64,000 nucleotides of DNA, from the NCBI GenBank assembly GCA_963708725.1, contig CAVPTL010000009.1, forward strand, positions 140,425 through 204,424. Reading direction: 5' to 3'. Made by a program: the position numbers and the translations under genes. Origin of the DNA: an uncultured Actinomycetes bacterium (GTDB lineage: Bacteria; Actinomycetota; Thermoleophilia; Gaiellales; JAICJC01). Below are positions 36,227-45,088 of the stretch, piece after piece. How positions within the stretch are numbered: the first letter of the stretch is position 1; each line of letters opens with the position of its first letter. Below the pieces are notes generated by a model, which worked only from the letters and a program-made list of their open reading frames with translations, was not told the origin of the DNA and did not search any database.

Positions 36227-36376
36227 ATGAAGGCTCTGCGATGTTTTCTCGGCAAACACCGATGGGAACGGCAAACTGCGGGTGGGTCGAAGTGTCGTGA
36301 CTGCGGCAAGCGCCGAGAAGTCCGGCACCCGCCCCAAGCACCGCCTCGAGCCCCCGGGGACACGTGGATGTCGTAA
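36227..36376 (+). CDS. Small Cys-containing protein (49 aa), DUF1660-like 'GKHRW...CxxCG' pattern
   Basis: MKALRCFLGKHRWERQTAGGSKCRDCGKRRE... ATG 36227 is preceded by AAGGAG at 7 nt. The pattern resembles small, often prophage-borne proteins (assignment from memory). Confidence 0.45.
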   Translation: MKALRCFLGKHRWERQTAGGSKCRDCGKRREVRHPPQAPPRAPGDTWMS

Positions 36377-36504
36377 GAACGACGGGAAGATCCTGGTCTG
36401 CTCGAGCAGACCGATATCGCCGCCCATCAGCGCAACAGGTGCCAGGATTGATCCTGGGTGTGACGTAGCCGCGACAGGTCTGACTGACGCTGGGCCGGGC
36501 GGTG

Positions 36505-36969
36505 TTAGGAGGTCTGCAGCGCGTTGGTCAGGCGGTCAGCGGTCGCCTGGTTCACCGCCACCACGAAGAAGATGAGGTTCTGGCGTACCGAGTAGCGAGC
36601 TGCGCCCTTCTTGCTCCCCGTGGAGGTGATGACGGTGCCAGGCTCTGAATTGAGGCCGGCCTCCAGAGCCTTGGCGTGTGCCGGGGATCTACATACCCAC
36701 GTCTGTACCATGTTGGTGTTGTTGTCGCGGTCATCACCCATCAGCATCGCCGTGCAGTGTTTGCGTATGCGGGCGGGCCAGCTCGCGTCCAGCTTGGGAT
36801 AGCCGGAGCCGATCTTGAACCCGGCTCGTTTCATCAACTGCCGCGCGTCCTGGTACGTGCTGTTTTCGGGGTGACCCGCGGATTGGTGTGAGCTGCTCCC
36901 GCACCCCGCCACCGACGCGACCGCCACGACCAGGCAGGCTGCAACGAGGATCCGCCGAATCTTGCTCAT
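36505..36969 (-). CDS. Lipoprotein, function unknown
   Basis: Signal peptide + lipobox 'VAVASVAGC'. 154 aa. Confidence 0.65.
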   Translation of the reverse strand: MSKIRRILVAACLVVAVASVAGCGSSSHQSAGHPENSTYQDARQLMKRAGFKIGSGYPKLDASWPARIRKHCTAMLMGDDRDNNTNMVQTWVCRSPAHAKALEAGLNSEPGTVITSTGSKKGAARYSVRQNLIFFVVAVNQATADRLTNALQTS

Positions 36970-37164
36970 GAACAGATGATACGTGTCGAGTGTGACGAGG
37001 AAGACGTCAAAGTACCCAGCCAGAGCCCGCTGGCCCGCGCCCGTCTCACCACCGGCTGACCCTCGGTTGGCCCGCCGTTCCCGCGCGGTACCGTCCGCTT
37101 AGGAGCCGGCGTGACAGCAAGCTCGTGCCGACGGCCAGCTATCCGACGGAAAAGGAGCACACTC

Positions 37165-38095
37165 ATGCGAGCCATCACCCAAGACAGCCCCGGCGCCGCC
37201 CCAACCCTCCGCGATGATCTGGCCACGCCGCACCCGGCCGACGATCAGGTACTCGTGCGCGTGCACGCCTCCGCGGTCAACCCGGTCGACAACGCCATCG
37301 CCGCCGGGATGCTGAGCGGCATGATCGACCACGAGTATCCCGTCATCCTGGGGCGCGACTACGCCGGCGTGGTCGAACAGCTCGGCGCCGGCGTCACCGG
37401 CTACAGCGTCGGCGACAGGGTCTTCGGCTTTTTGCTGCACGCCAATCCAACCGTTCACGACGGCAGCTGGGCGGAGCTGATCAACGTCAGCGAGCACGCC
37501 TCGATAGGCAAGCTGCCAGACGGTGTCGATCTCGCCACCGCCGGTGCTGCGCCGCTGTCCGGCATCACGGCGGTCACGGCGATCGACGCGCTGGAGCTGT
37601 CCGAGGGCGACGTGCTGCTCGTCGTCGGCGCCACCGGCGGGGTTGGCAGTCTGGCCGTCCAGCTTGCCGCGGGCGCCGGTGCCCACGTCGTTGCGCCGGC
37701 GCTGCGCCGAGGATGAGACGTATCTGCGCGAACTCGGCGTCGCCGAGATCCTGCCCCGCGACGGCGACCTCGTCGAACTCGTCCGGGCACGACACCCCGA
37801 CGGTGTCGACGCGCTGCTCGATGTCGTCTCCTTCGCCCCCGGGACACACGATGCCGCGCTGAGGCCCGGAGCCCGGGTGGCATCACCCAACGGTGCCGCC
37901 GGCGATGCCCCCGGTCACACCAACGTCATGGCTGTCCCGAGCCCCGAGAATCTGGATCGCCTGGGCACCCTGCTCGCCGATGGTTCATTGCGAATCCCCA
38001 TCCAGGCGACCTACGAGCTGGCGCAGGCGCCAGACGCACTCAGCGCGCTACCGACCACTCATACTCAGGGCAAGCTCGCGATCCACGTCAGCTGA
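37165..38095 (+). pseudogene. MDR-family NADPH:quinone oxidoreductase/zinc-type alcohol dehydrogenase-like gene, split by a +1 frameshift near 37695-37712
   Basis: Frame A (37165..37716) carries the GroES-like domain and 'LVVGATGGVGSLAVQLAAGAGAHVVA', then hits TGA. Homology continues in frame A+1 ('EDETYLRELGVAEILPRDGD...GKLAIHVS', track ORF 37523..38095). Removing one nt restores a ~310-aa protein. Confidence 0.75.
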
Positions 38096-38110
38096 GCCCC
38101 ACGCGCACCC

Positions 38111-38848
38111 TCAGTCGGGGTACTCGTCCTTCCGCCATGACCGTGGCTCCGGCGGTCCGGGAATCGGCGTGCGGTCGACCAGGGACGCAAAGTACGGCGC
38201 CACGAACGGGTCGGGGGCCGACACGGTGTAGGTGTGGTAGACGGTGCCGTTCTCGCGCGCGAAGGCGATCCAGGCCGGGTTCTCGCGCAACCCGTCCTTG
38301 AGGTCGGCCCCGATCTGGCCCGACCACTCTTCGAGCCACTCGGGCGGATCGTCGACCATCTCCTTGATCTGGGGGATGCTCTCGGCCTGATCCTTGGCCA
38401 GCGCGAGGCCGAAGTCGAAGGCGAAGTCGGTGTTGTACGTCGAGACGTACGGAAACTCCCAGCCCATCCGCTGCTTGTAGGCGGTCAGCCGCTCGATCGG
38501 TGCGCGCGAAAAGCAGATCAGCGTCACGTCGCGGTGGTTGAGATGGACGAGCGAGCCATCGAGGCCGTCGGCGAGGCTGGTACAGCCCGGGCACGCCCCA
38601 AGCGAGTAGTCGGGGCCGAACATGACGTTGTAGGCAAGCAGCTGCGAGCGGCCGTCAAACAGCTCGGAGAGCGTTTTCTTGCCGTCCTCGGTGTCGAACT
38701 CATACTCCTTCTCCACCGGCACCCACGGGAGCGCCAGGCGCTTCTGCTTGACCTCCTCGTTTCGCTCTGCCTGGTCGGCTTCGAGCTTGGCCAGCTCATT
38801 TCGAGCCGCCTGCCATTCCTCGCGAGTTCCGATCGTGTGCTCGGGCAT
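38111..38848 (-). CDS. DUF899 (thioredoxin-like) family protein, copy 1
   Basis: 'GTREEWQAARNELAKLE...LPWVPVEKEYEFDTEDGKKTLSELFDGRSQLLAYNVMFGPDY..CPGC' is the DUF899 signature. GAGGAGG SD. Confidence 0.75.
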   Translation of the reverse strand: MPEHTIGTREEWQAARNELAKLEADQAERNEEVKQKRLALPWVPVEKEYEFDTEDGKKTLSELFDGRSQLLAYNVMFGPDYSLGACPGCTSLADGLDGSLVHLNHRDVTLICFSRAPIERLTAYKQRMGWEFPYVSTYNTDFAFDFGLALAKDQAESIPQIKEMVDDPPEWLEEWSGQIGADLKDGLRENPAWIAFARENGTVYHTYTVSAPDPFVAPYFASLVDRTPIPGPPEPRSWRKDEYPD

Positions 38849-38948
38849 CTCCGCCTCCTCATGTCAAACTACCCGGGGCCGATACCCCGAACGGCGTTTG
38901 GAGTACCTGCCAGGTGTAGAGCGTAGGCGAAGTGGGAAGGAGGGCAGC

Positions 38949-39695
38949 ATGACCGCGGTAACGGACCGTCTGACGACCTGGAATCGCACGACGCTCATCC
39001 TTCTCGCGGGCGCCCTCGCCGCGTGGGTGGTCACGATTGCCCGGATGCGCGGAATGGACGACGGGCCGGGCACTGATCTCGGCGGGCTGGGTTGGTATCT
39101 CGGCGTGTGGGTCACGATGACCGCGGCGATGATGCTGCCCACCGCGGCGCCCGCGGCGCGACACGTGGCGCGGCGCGCCTCTGGGGTACCGGCACTGCTC
39201 TTCATCGCGGGGTACCTGGCGGTGTGGACGGTCTACGGCCTGTTGGCGTACGCCATTTACCGGCTGGTGGCCTCGCTCGACATCGGCCAGCTGGCGTGGG
39301 ATCGATCGGGCCCGTACGTGGCGGGCGGGGTGATCATCGCCGCCGGCCTGTACGAACTCACGCCGTTCAAACGGGCGAGTCTGCGCCGGTGCCGCAGCCC
39401 TCAGGAACGGGGCGCGTTCGACAGCGGCCTCGCGCACGGACGTGACTGCGTCGTCTGTTCCGGGGCTCTGATGGCGGTGCTGTTCGTGCTCGGGGCGATG
39501 AGCCTCGTGTGGATGGCTGTCCTGACAGTCGTGATCCTCATCGAGAAGGTGCTTCCGGCAGGGCCACGGCTCGTACCTCTGGTCGCGGTGGTACTCATCG
39601 CCTTTGGTCTCTGGGTCGCGGTGTCGCCCGGGACAGTTCCCGGCCTGACCGACCCCTCCAGCCCGCCATCGATGCACATGGACATGGGCGGGTGA
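38949..39695 (+). CDS. DUF2182-family predicted metal-binding membrane protein
   Basis: 'MRGMDDGPGTDLGGLGWYLGVWVTMTAAMMLPTAAP' and 'YELTPFKRASLRRCRSP' fit DUF2182. The upstream part of track ORF 38679.. is antisense to DUF899. Confidence 0.65.
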   Translation: MTAVTDRLTTWNRTTLILLAGALAAWVVTIARMRGMDDGPGTDLGGLGWYLGVWVTMTAAMMLPTAAPAARHVARRASGVPALLFIAGYLAVWTVYGLLAYAIYRLVASLDIGQLAWDRSGPYVAGGVIIAAGLYELTPFKRASLRRCRSPQERGAFDSGLAHGRDCVVCSGALMAVLFVLGAMSLVWMAVLTVVILIEKVLPAGPRLVPLVAVVLIAFGLWVAVSPGTVPGLTDPSSPPSMHMDMGG

Positions 39696-39699
39696 GAAT

Positions 39700-40446
39700 T
39701 CACACCGCGGGCACACTCGTCTCGTACTCGTCGTGGCGGCGGATCCACATCGGCGTCCCGGGCTGCTCGTCGCGACCCTTCGGGGTGCGGTCGAGCAGCG
39801 CGTAGTAAGGCATCGCGAACTCGAGTCCGCGCGACGTGCTGACGTACGTCCGGTAGACGACCCCGTCGGCGAGCGTGTAGACGCTCAGACCGGGCCCCTC
39901 GGCGACATAGCCGCCGGGAGTCGTGCCGCACATCTCGGCATTCTGGACGACGGTTGGCGGGATCTCGCCTTCGAGGAACGGCTTCAGTTCGTCCTCGGTG
40001 TGCATGAATCCAATGTCGCGGTTGAAATCGGTGCCGCCGCTCGACACCCAATCGATGTCCCACCCCATTCGCTTCCTGAACGCGGTCAGCTTCGCGAGTG
40101 GCCCGCGCGACGCGAGTATCAGGGTGGTGTCCCGAGCCTTGAGATGCGGCACCTGGGGGGCGAGCGTATCGGCGATCGAGCAGCACACCGGGCATCCCGC
40201 CTCGTAGGACGGCCCGAACATGAAGTGGTAGACCATCAGCTGGCTTCGGCCATCGAACAGGTCTGCCAGACCCCGTGAACCGTGCTCAGTCTCGAAGCGG
40301 TACTCCTTTTCCACCGGCACCCACGGCAGCCGGCGACGCTTGGCGGCCAGCGTGTCACCCCTCCGCGTCAGATCCTTCTCCTCCTGGAGTAGCTCGTCGC
40401 GCTCCGCCTGCCACTCCTCCTGCGTGCCGATCCGGTGGTCGCCCAT
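39700..40446 (-). CDS. DUF899 (thioredoxin-like) family protein, copy 2
   Basis: 'GTQEEWQAERDELLQEE...LPWVPVEKEYRFETEHGSRGLADLFDGRSQLMVYHFMFGPSYEAGCPVCC'. AGGAGG SD. Confidence 0.75.
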   Translation of the reverse strand: MGDHRIGTQEEWQAERDELLQEEKDLTRRGDTLAAKRRRLPWVPVEKEYRFETEHGSRGLADLFDGRSQLMVYHFMFGPSYEAGCPVCCSIADTLAPQVPHLKARDTTLILASRGPLAKLTAFRKRMGWDIDWVSSGGTDFNRDIGFMHTEDELKPFLEGEIPPTVVQNAEMCGTTPGGYVAEGPGLSVYTLADGVVYRTYVSTSRGLEFAMPYYALLDRTPKGRDEQPGTPMWIRRHDEYETSVPAV

Positions 40447-40538
40447 GTCGTGCCTCCTGTCGTCTGCGCCGGCGCGGGACCTTCAGTACCCACTCGCCCG
40501 CTTGACGATACACACGAGGGCGTTCGGTCGATCCTCGG

Positions 40539-41273
40539 TCAGTCGCCGGCAGCGAGCGCCGCGGCCCCAGATACCGGCCGCATCTGTCCAACCTCCGGCG
40601 GGAGGATCGGGGAGGGATTGAATCCCTTGACGGTGAGCCAGACGCCGAGTGAAAGCTCCCACAAGAACTCGGGGATTGTCGCTACTCCCTGGGCTGCGCC
40701 GCCCTCCTCGATCACGCCGAGCAGAACGAGGATGCCCGTGAGGCAGATCAGCGGCCCTCCGATGAGTCCCAGCATGGCCATGCGCCGCGGCACCAATCCG
40801 GATTGGTACATCAGGTAGCCGAGCAGCATCCCGTTTCCGATACCCACGATGAAGCCAGGCCCGAGCAGAAATGTCCAATCCTTGATCGCGGCGAGCGTTA
40901 CACCGATCGTGCCGGCATCCGCACCCGTGGCACCCTGCTGCTGCAGGCTGACCACGCCCAGGATGCTGACCAGGCCGATCGCGATGAACGCACTCTCGAC
41001 CAGGCGGGCCGCCACAAAGCCGAGCGCGAGTATCTCGTTCTGTCGCTTCAGAATTGGGAACAGCACGACGCCGCTGGCGACGTTTGCGACGATCAGCGTC
41101 AGCTCCAGCGCAGCTCCCAGGAGGATGCGGTTGTTGTCCGCACCGGAGCCCGCGATGTACGCCGCGGGGTGGTCGAGCACAGGCTGAAACAGATAGAGCG
41201 CGGGTATCGATGTGACGTAGGTGACCAGGAACAACACCCCGGCGGTGAGCGAGATCCTGCGATTCGAGGTCAT
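40539..41273 (-). CDS. DUF4386-family membrane protein
   Basis: 'ISLTAGVLFLVTYVTSIPAL...NRILLGAALELTLIVANVASGVVLFPILK' pattern. ATG 41273 overlaps the stop of the upstream 58-aa ORF. Confidence 0.6.
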   Translation of the reverse strand: MTSNRRISLTAGVLFLVTYVTSIPALYLFQPVLDHPAAYIAGSGADNNRILLGAALELTLIVANVASGVVLFPILKRQNEILALGFVAARLVESAFIAIGLVSILGVVSLQQQGATGADAGTIGVTLAAIKDWTFLLGPGFIVGIGNGMLLGYLMYQSGLVPRRMAMLGLIGGPLICLTGILVLLGVIEEGGAAQGVATIPEFLWELSLGVWLTVKGFNPSPILPPEVGQMRPVSGAAALAAGD

Positions 41274-41446
41274 GCCGGCTTCCCGTGTCGCGACGGGCGT
41301 GCCTGCCACCGTTGCCAAGCGACAACTCCGAGCGCGACCACCCCGAGCAGTGCGATCAAGAGATGCCCGTTGCCGAACGCTCCATTGACGATCGAGATCA
41401 CCCCAAACAAGGTGAGCAACGCATCGCGGACGTTGCGGCGGTTCAT
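41270..41446 (-). CDS. Small membrane protein (58 aa), unannotated (below the track cutoff)
   Basis: Hand-translated as MNRRNVRDALLTLFGVISIVNGAFGNGHLLIALLGVVALGVVAWQRWQARPSRHGKPA*. Two hydrophobic segments. Its stop TGA overlaps ATG 41273 of the DUF4386 gene (ATGA). Confidence 0.5.
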   Translation of the reverse strand: MNRRNVRDALLTLFGVISIVNGAFGNGHLLIALLGVVALGVVAWQRWQARPSRHGKPA

Positions 41447-41640
41447 TCCACCGTCCTGGCGAGTCCAGTGTTCGGCATGGTGTCGCTCGCTCCCCGCTTC
41501 TGGGATTCTGCGTCCGGGAGGAAGGAGAAGCGGTGGGCGACCCAGCGGACGTTCGCGCCCTCTGACCCTACCACAGTGGATTTGAGATCAAGTTCTGGCG
41601 AGGCCGCGCGATATGGCAGTGACCGTGCTAGTCATCAGGT

Positions 41641-42277
41641 ATGAGCGACTACGACCGACACTCCTGGGAAGCGCGGTGGTCGCAGGCCCTGGACACCCAC
41701 GGGGATCGCGTCGCACAGCGGCCTCCAAACGCACATCTGACCTTGGAGATCGGCGACCTGCGACGCGGGCCGAGCGCTCGACGCGGGCTGCGGCCATGGG
41801 GCGGAGGCGCTGTGGCTCGCGGCGCGAGGATGGCGCGTCACCGGGGTTGATTTCGCGGCGACGGCGTTGAGCTATGCCCGATCGTCAGCCGAGGCCATGG
41901 GCGCAGATGTCGCGGAGCGCATCGACTGGGTCGAGGGCGATCTTGCGATCTGGACGCCGCAGCAGGAAGCGTATGACCTGGTGGTTTCTCTGTATGTCCA
42001 CGTGGCCGGATCGGTTGAGGAGTTCGTGCAACGGATGGCGGCAGGGGTCGCGCGCGGCGGAACGCTGTTCCTGGTCGGCCATCGCCCCGTCGATCCGTCC
42101 ACCGGAGCCGCGACCCCGGCGGCCGGGCAGGTGCAGGTCTCTGTCGAGGCGGTGCTGGCCGCGCTCGATCCCGGTGAGTGGCAGCCAATCGTGGCGGAGG
42201 AGCGTCGGAGATCTGTCCACGGCACGGGCGTCGATGCGGTGATCTCGGCGCGTCGCGGAGTGCCCCCTCCCGCTTAA
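41641..42277 (+). pseudogene. Class I SAM-dependent methyltransferase, split by a +1 frameshift near 41755-41775
   Basis: Frame A: 'MSDYDRHSWEARWSQAL...PNAHLTLEIGDL', then nonsense. Frame A+1 reads 'GRALDAGCGHGAEALWLAARGWRVTGVDFAATAL' (SAM motif I) and continues into track ORF 41867..42277. Frame A+1 has a TGA just upstream (41738-41740), so neither frame alone encodes the protein. Confidence 0.75.
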
Positions 42278-42372
42278 AAGTAGAACACAGATGGGGGCTT
42301 GTTTCAACCGGGAACCGTGGGGCAAAATGGCCGGTTCGAGGTCAATCATCTTCCGACCGGGGGAGCGAGACT

Positions 42373-43899
42373 GTGGATACCGATGTGATCGTCGTGGGCG
42401 CCGGGCCAACCGGATTGATGCTTGCGCTGGAGCTGCGCATGGCCGGAGTGCGAGTGGCGGTTTTCGAGCGAAACTCAGAGGTCAGGGACGTCGCCAAGGC
42501 GGGCGGTCTCAGCGGACAGATCATCGACGTGCTGCGCTACCAGGGACTGCTGGAACGATTCGAAACCGGCCGCACCGCCATCCCTGCTCCCAAGTTGCCA
42601 TTCGGCGGTGTGCACGTCGACTTCACCGTCCTTGCCGATCCCCCGATCGAGCTGCTGATCATGCCCCAGCCCGAAATCGAACGACTGCTCGAGAGCCTCG
42701 CTTTGGAGTTCGGCGCGGAAGTGTTTCGAGGATACGAGGTCGTCGGGCTGAGCCAGGACGACTCCATGGTGACCGCGGACGTGCGCGCCGAAGGCCGGCA
42801 GCATCAGGTGACCGGGCGGTACGTGGTGGGCTGTGACGGCGCCAAGAGCCGCGTGCGCGCCTTGGTCGACGTCCCATTTCCCGGCATCACCTATCCCGAG
42901 GTGCAGCGGCTCGCCCAACTCACGGTGCCCGAGGGAGTCACCGTGTTCGAGAGTGGCGACATCGAGGTCGTGGGAGTGGGCAGGATCCCGTTTGGGTTCA
43001 CCCCGACCGAGCGGGGCGTGTTCGCCGTGGGGTCGACCGACCCCGAGCTGATGGGGGTCTACACCAGCGAGGAGGAGGGAGTCGAATACGACGACGACGA
43101 TCCGATGACGGTGGCCGAGCTGGGGGCCAGCATCCGGCGGGTGCTCGGAGTGGAGCTGCCGTTAGGGGAGCCGAGGCGGATGACGCGTTTCACCTTTCAC
43201 GCTCGGCAGGTCGAGCAGTACCGGCATGGGCGCATCTTTTTGGCCGGCGACGCAGCCCATCTGTATCCGGCCGGTGGGGTGGCTCTCAGCGCGGGGATGG
43301 TCGACGCCGTCAACCTTGCCTGGAAGCTGGCCGCCGCCATTGACGGGTGGGCTCCGGCGGGCCTGCTGGACACCTACCACGACGAACGCCATCTCGCCTC
43401 CGAGCGAACGCTGCTCCATACCCGCGCCCAGCTGGCGCTGCGGCGCGGATATGACGAGGCCGCCGACGCGCTGCGAGAGTTCTTCCTGGAGCTCGTCGCC
43501 GACGAGCAGCCACTGCGACGGGTCGGGACGTTCATCGCGGGCACCAACGTGCGCTACCCAGGTCCGAACCCCAACGACAACGCCTTGACCGGTACCTTCG
43601 CGCCCACTCTCACCCGTCTCGGCGAGTTCACTCCGCGACCTGTGCTGCTCGACCTCACCGACCGCCCTGATTTCCACGAAGCCGCCCGTGGCTGGCAGGA
43701 TCGCATCGAGATCCGCAGCGCCAGCGTGGATGACCGGCCGGCCGACGCCGTGCTGATCCGCCCCGATGCCTACGTCGCCTGGGCCGCGGCCATCGACGAG
43801 CCCACCATCACCGCCGTCCCGGCGTTGCGTGAGGCGCTCGCCTACTGGTGCGGAGAGCCCGGCGAGCAGGTTCAGGGGATCCAGCCGAAGGACATATAG
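42373..43899 (+). CDS. FAD-dependent aromatic-ring monooxygenase (PHBH-fold)
   Basis: 'DVIVVGAGPTGLMLALEL' GxGxxG, 'VVGCDGAKSRVR' and 'GRIFLAGDAAHLYPAGG'. GTG 42373 is preceded by GGGGGAG. Confidence 0.8.
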   Translation: MDTDVIVVGAGPTGLMLALELRMAGVRVAVFERNSEVRDVAKAGGLSGQIIDVLRYQGLLERFETGRTAIPAPKLPFGGVHVDFTVLADPPIELLIMPQPEIERLLESLALEFGAEVFRGYEVVGLSQDDSMVTADVRAEGRQHQVTGRYVVGCDGAKSRVRALVDVPFPGITYPEVQRLAQLTVPEGVTVFESGDIEVVGVGRIPFGFTPTERGVFAVGSTDPELMGVYTSEEEGVEYDDDDPMTVAELGASIRRVLGVELPLGEPRRMTRFTFHARQVEQYRHGRIFLAGDAAHLYPAGGVALSAGMVDAVNLAWKLAAAIDGWAPAGLLDTYHDERHLASERTLLHTRAQLALRRGYDEAADALREFFLELVADEQPLRRVGTFIAGTNVRYPGPNPNDNALTGTFAPTLTRLGEFTPRPVLLDLTDRPDFHEAARGWQDRIEIRSASVDDRPADAVLIRPDAYVAWAAAIDEPTITAVPALREALAYWCGEPGEQVQGIQPKDI

Positions 43900-45023
43900 C
43901 CCCCGTCGGGCTTGGTGGCGCGCCGGCTGTGCGCGGAGCCGGTGGCGTTGACGACGTACAACGCGACGTGGTTCTCGTCGCCGTTCTCGAGGTGTTGATA
44001 GACGAGGTACTTGCCGTCCGGCGACCACTGTGCGCAACACGAGCCTTTGGTCGCCGGGTCGGTGTCCACCTCGTGCAATGCCGATCCATCGGGGCGCACG
44101 AGAAACTCGGAGTGAACGCCGTCTGTGTCTCCGCGGTCGAACACGATCCAGTCGTGCGAAGGCGACCAGGCCGCGCTCGTCGTCCACTTGCCCCAGGCGG
44201 TGATCCTGCGCACGTTCTTCCCGGTGGCCGAGGCGACGAATACGGCACTGCGGCCCAGCGGGACGCCCTTTCGAATGTCGAATCCGGCAAACGTGACGCT
44301 GCGGCCATCGGGCGACCAACTCGCCGGCGCTCCGAAGTAGCAGCACATCACCCGTGTCGATCCGACTCGGCTGGGGCGGCCACCACGTCGCGTCACGTAA
44401 AGCGTCCCGAACCTGCCGGCGGGATCCTTCTGATAGAGCAGTAACGACCGGCCGTCGGGAGCGTACGACAGCGGGCGCTGCGGGCGGCCGGGCTGGGCGA
44501 CGGTCACACGCCGCAGGGCGCGACCTTCAGCCCCATTTCCGGGTACCACCGACATCTCGTACACACCGTTGCGGGTGGGGGCCGTCTGGTCGACGCCGGC
44601 CAACGCCAACGACCGGCCGTCTGGCGACCACGCGCCCGGAGTGAGCCGAAGCGTTGCGGGGCCGGTTGGCATCTGAATCGGGGAGGTGACGTGGTGTCCG
44701 ATCGAGACCAGCCTCGGCTGTTTGGACGCCGCCATCGCCACCACAAACCGGCGAGTCGCGCCCGATGCAGTCAGGCAGCACGTGCTCGGGGAGTTCGTGC
44801 GTTCCACCGCGCCTCTGGGGGTCACCTGGAACACGGGGCCGGCGCCATCGTTGAACGTGCCGCCATTGGTGTTTCGCGAAAACGCGATTGTGCCGGTCGT
44901 GGTGTGTGACACGGCGATTGACCGCCGCCCGCCGCCCGCGAGGATCGCGACCGTGACGCCCGCAACCACGATCACGACCGGTATGGCGAGTAGTGCACCG
45001 CCTTTGAAGGCCCGCGATTCCAT
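43872..45023 (-). CDS. TolB-like/PD40 beta-propeller repeat protein, membrane-anchored
   Basis: Repeated 'WSPDG' blades ('AWSPDGRSL', 'SWSPDGRSVTF', 'QWSPDGKYLVY'). N-terminal TM 'GALLAIPVVIVVAGVTVAIL'. Confidence 0.7.
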   Translation of the reverse strand: MESRAFKGGALLAIPVVIVVAGVTVAILAGGGRRSIAVSHTTTGTIAFSRNTNGGTFNDGAGPVFQVTPRGAVERTNSPSTCCLTASGATRRFVVAMAASKQPRLVSIGHHVTSPIQMPTGPATLRLTPGAWSPDGRSLALAGVDQTAPTRNGVYEMSVVPGNGAEGRALRRVTVAQPGRPQRPLSYAPDGRSLLLYQKDPAGRFGTLYVTRRGGRPSRVGSTRVMCCYFGAPASWSPDGRSVTFAGFDIRKGVPLGRSAVFVASATGKNVRRITAWGKWTTSAAWSPSHDWIVFDRGDTDGVHSEFLVRPDGSALHEVDTDPATKGSCCAQWSPDGKYLVYQHLENGDENHVALYVVNATGSAHSRRATKPDGGYMSFGWIP

Positions 45024-45088
45024 GGCTCGCGCCGACCATACCGTCTGAATCCGGTCGGTGCGATCCGGGTTGGCCCTGTTGACAGAGA

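Noticed and set aside
35999-36427. 142-aa minus-strand track ORF spanning the two small-ORF loci.
   Set aside because: Its composition looks non-protein-like (Arg/Pro/Ser-rich with no motifs). It overlaps two shorter ORFs that have strong SD sites.
41533-41565. 10-codon mini-ORF (GTG GGC GAC CCA GCG GAC GTT CGC GCC CTC TGA) after a strong GGAGGAAGGAG, a possible leader peptide upstream of the frameshifted methyltransferase.
   Set aside because: Too short to evaluate without conservation data. The purine-rich run may be coincidental, and the downstream gene appears disrupted.
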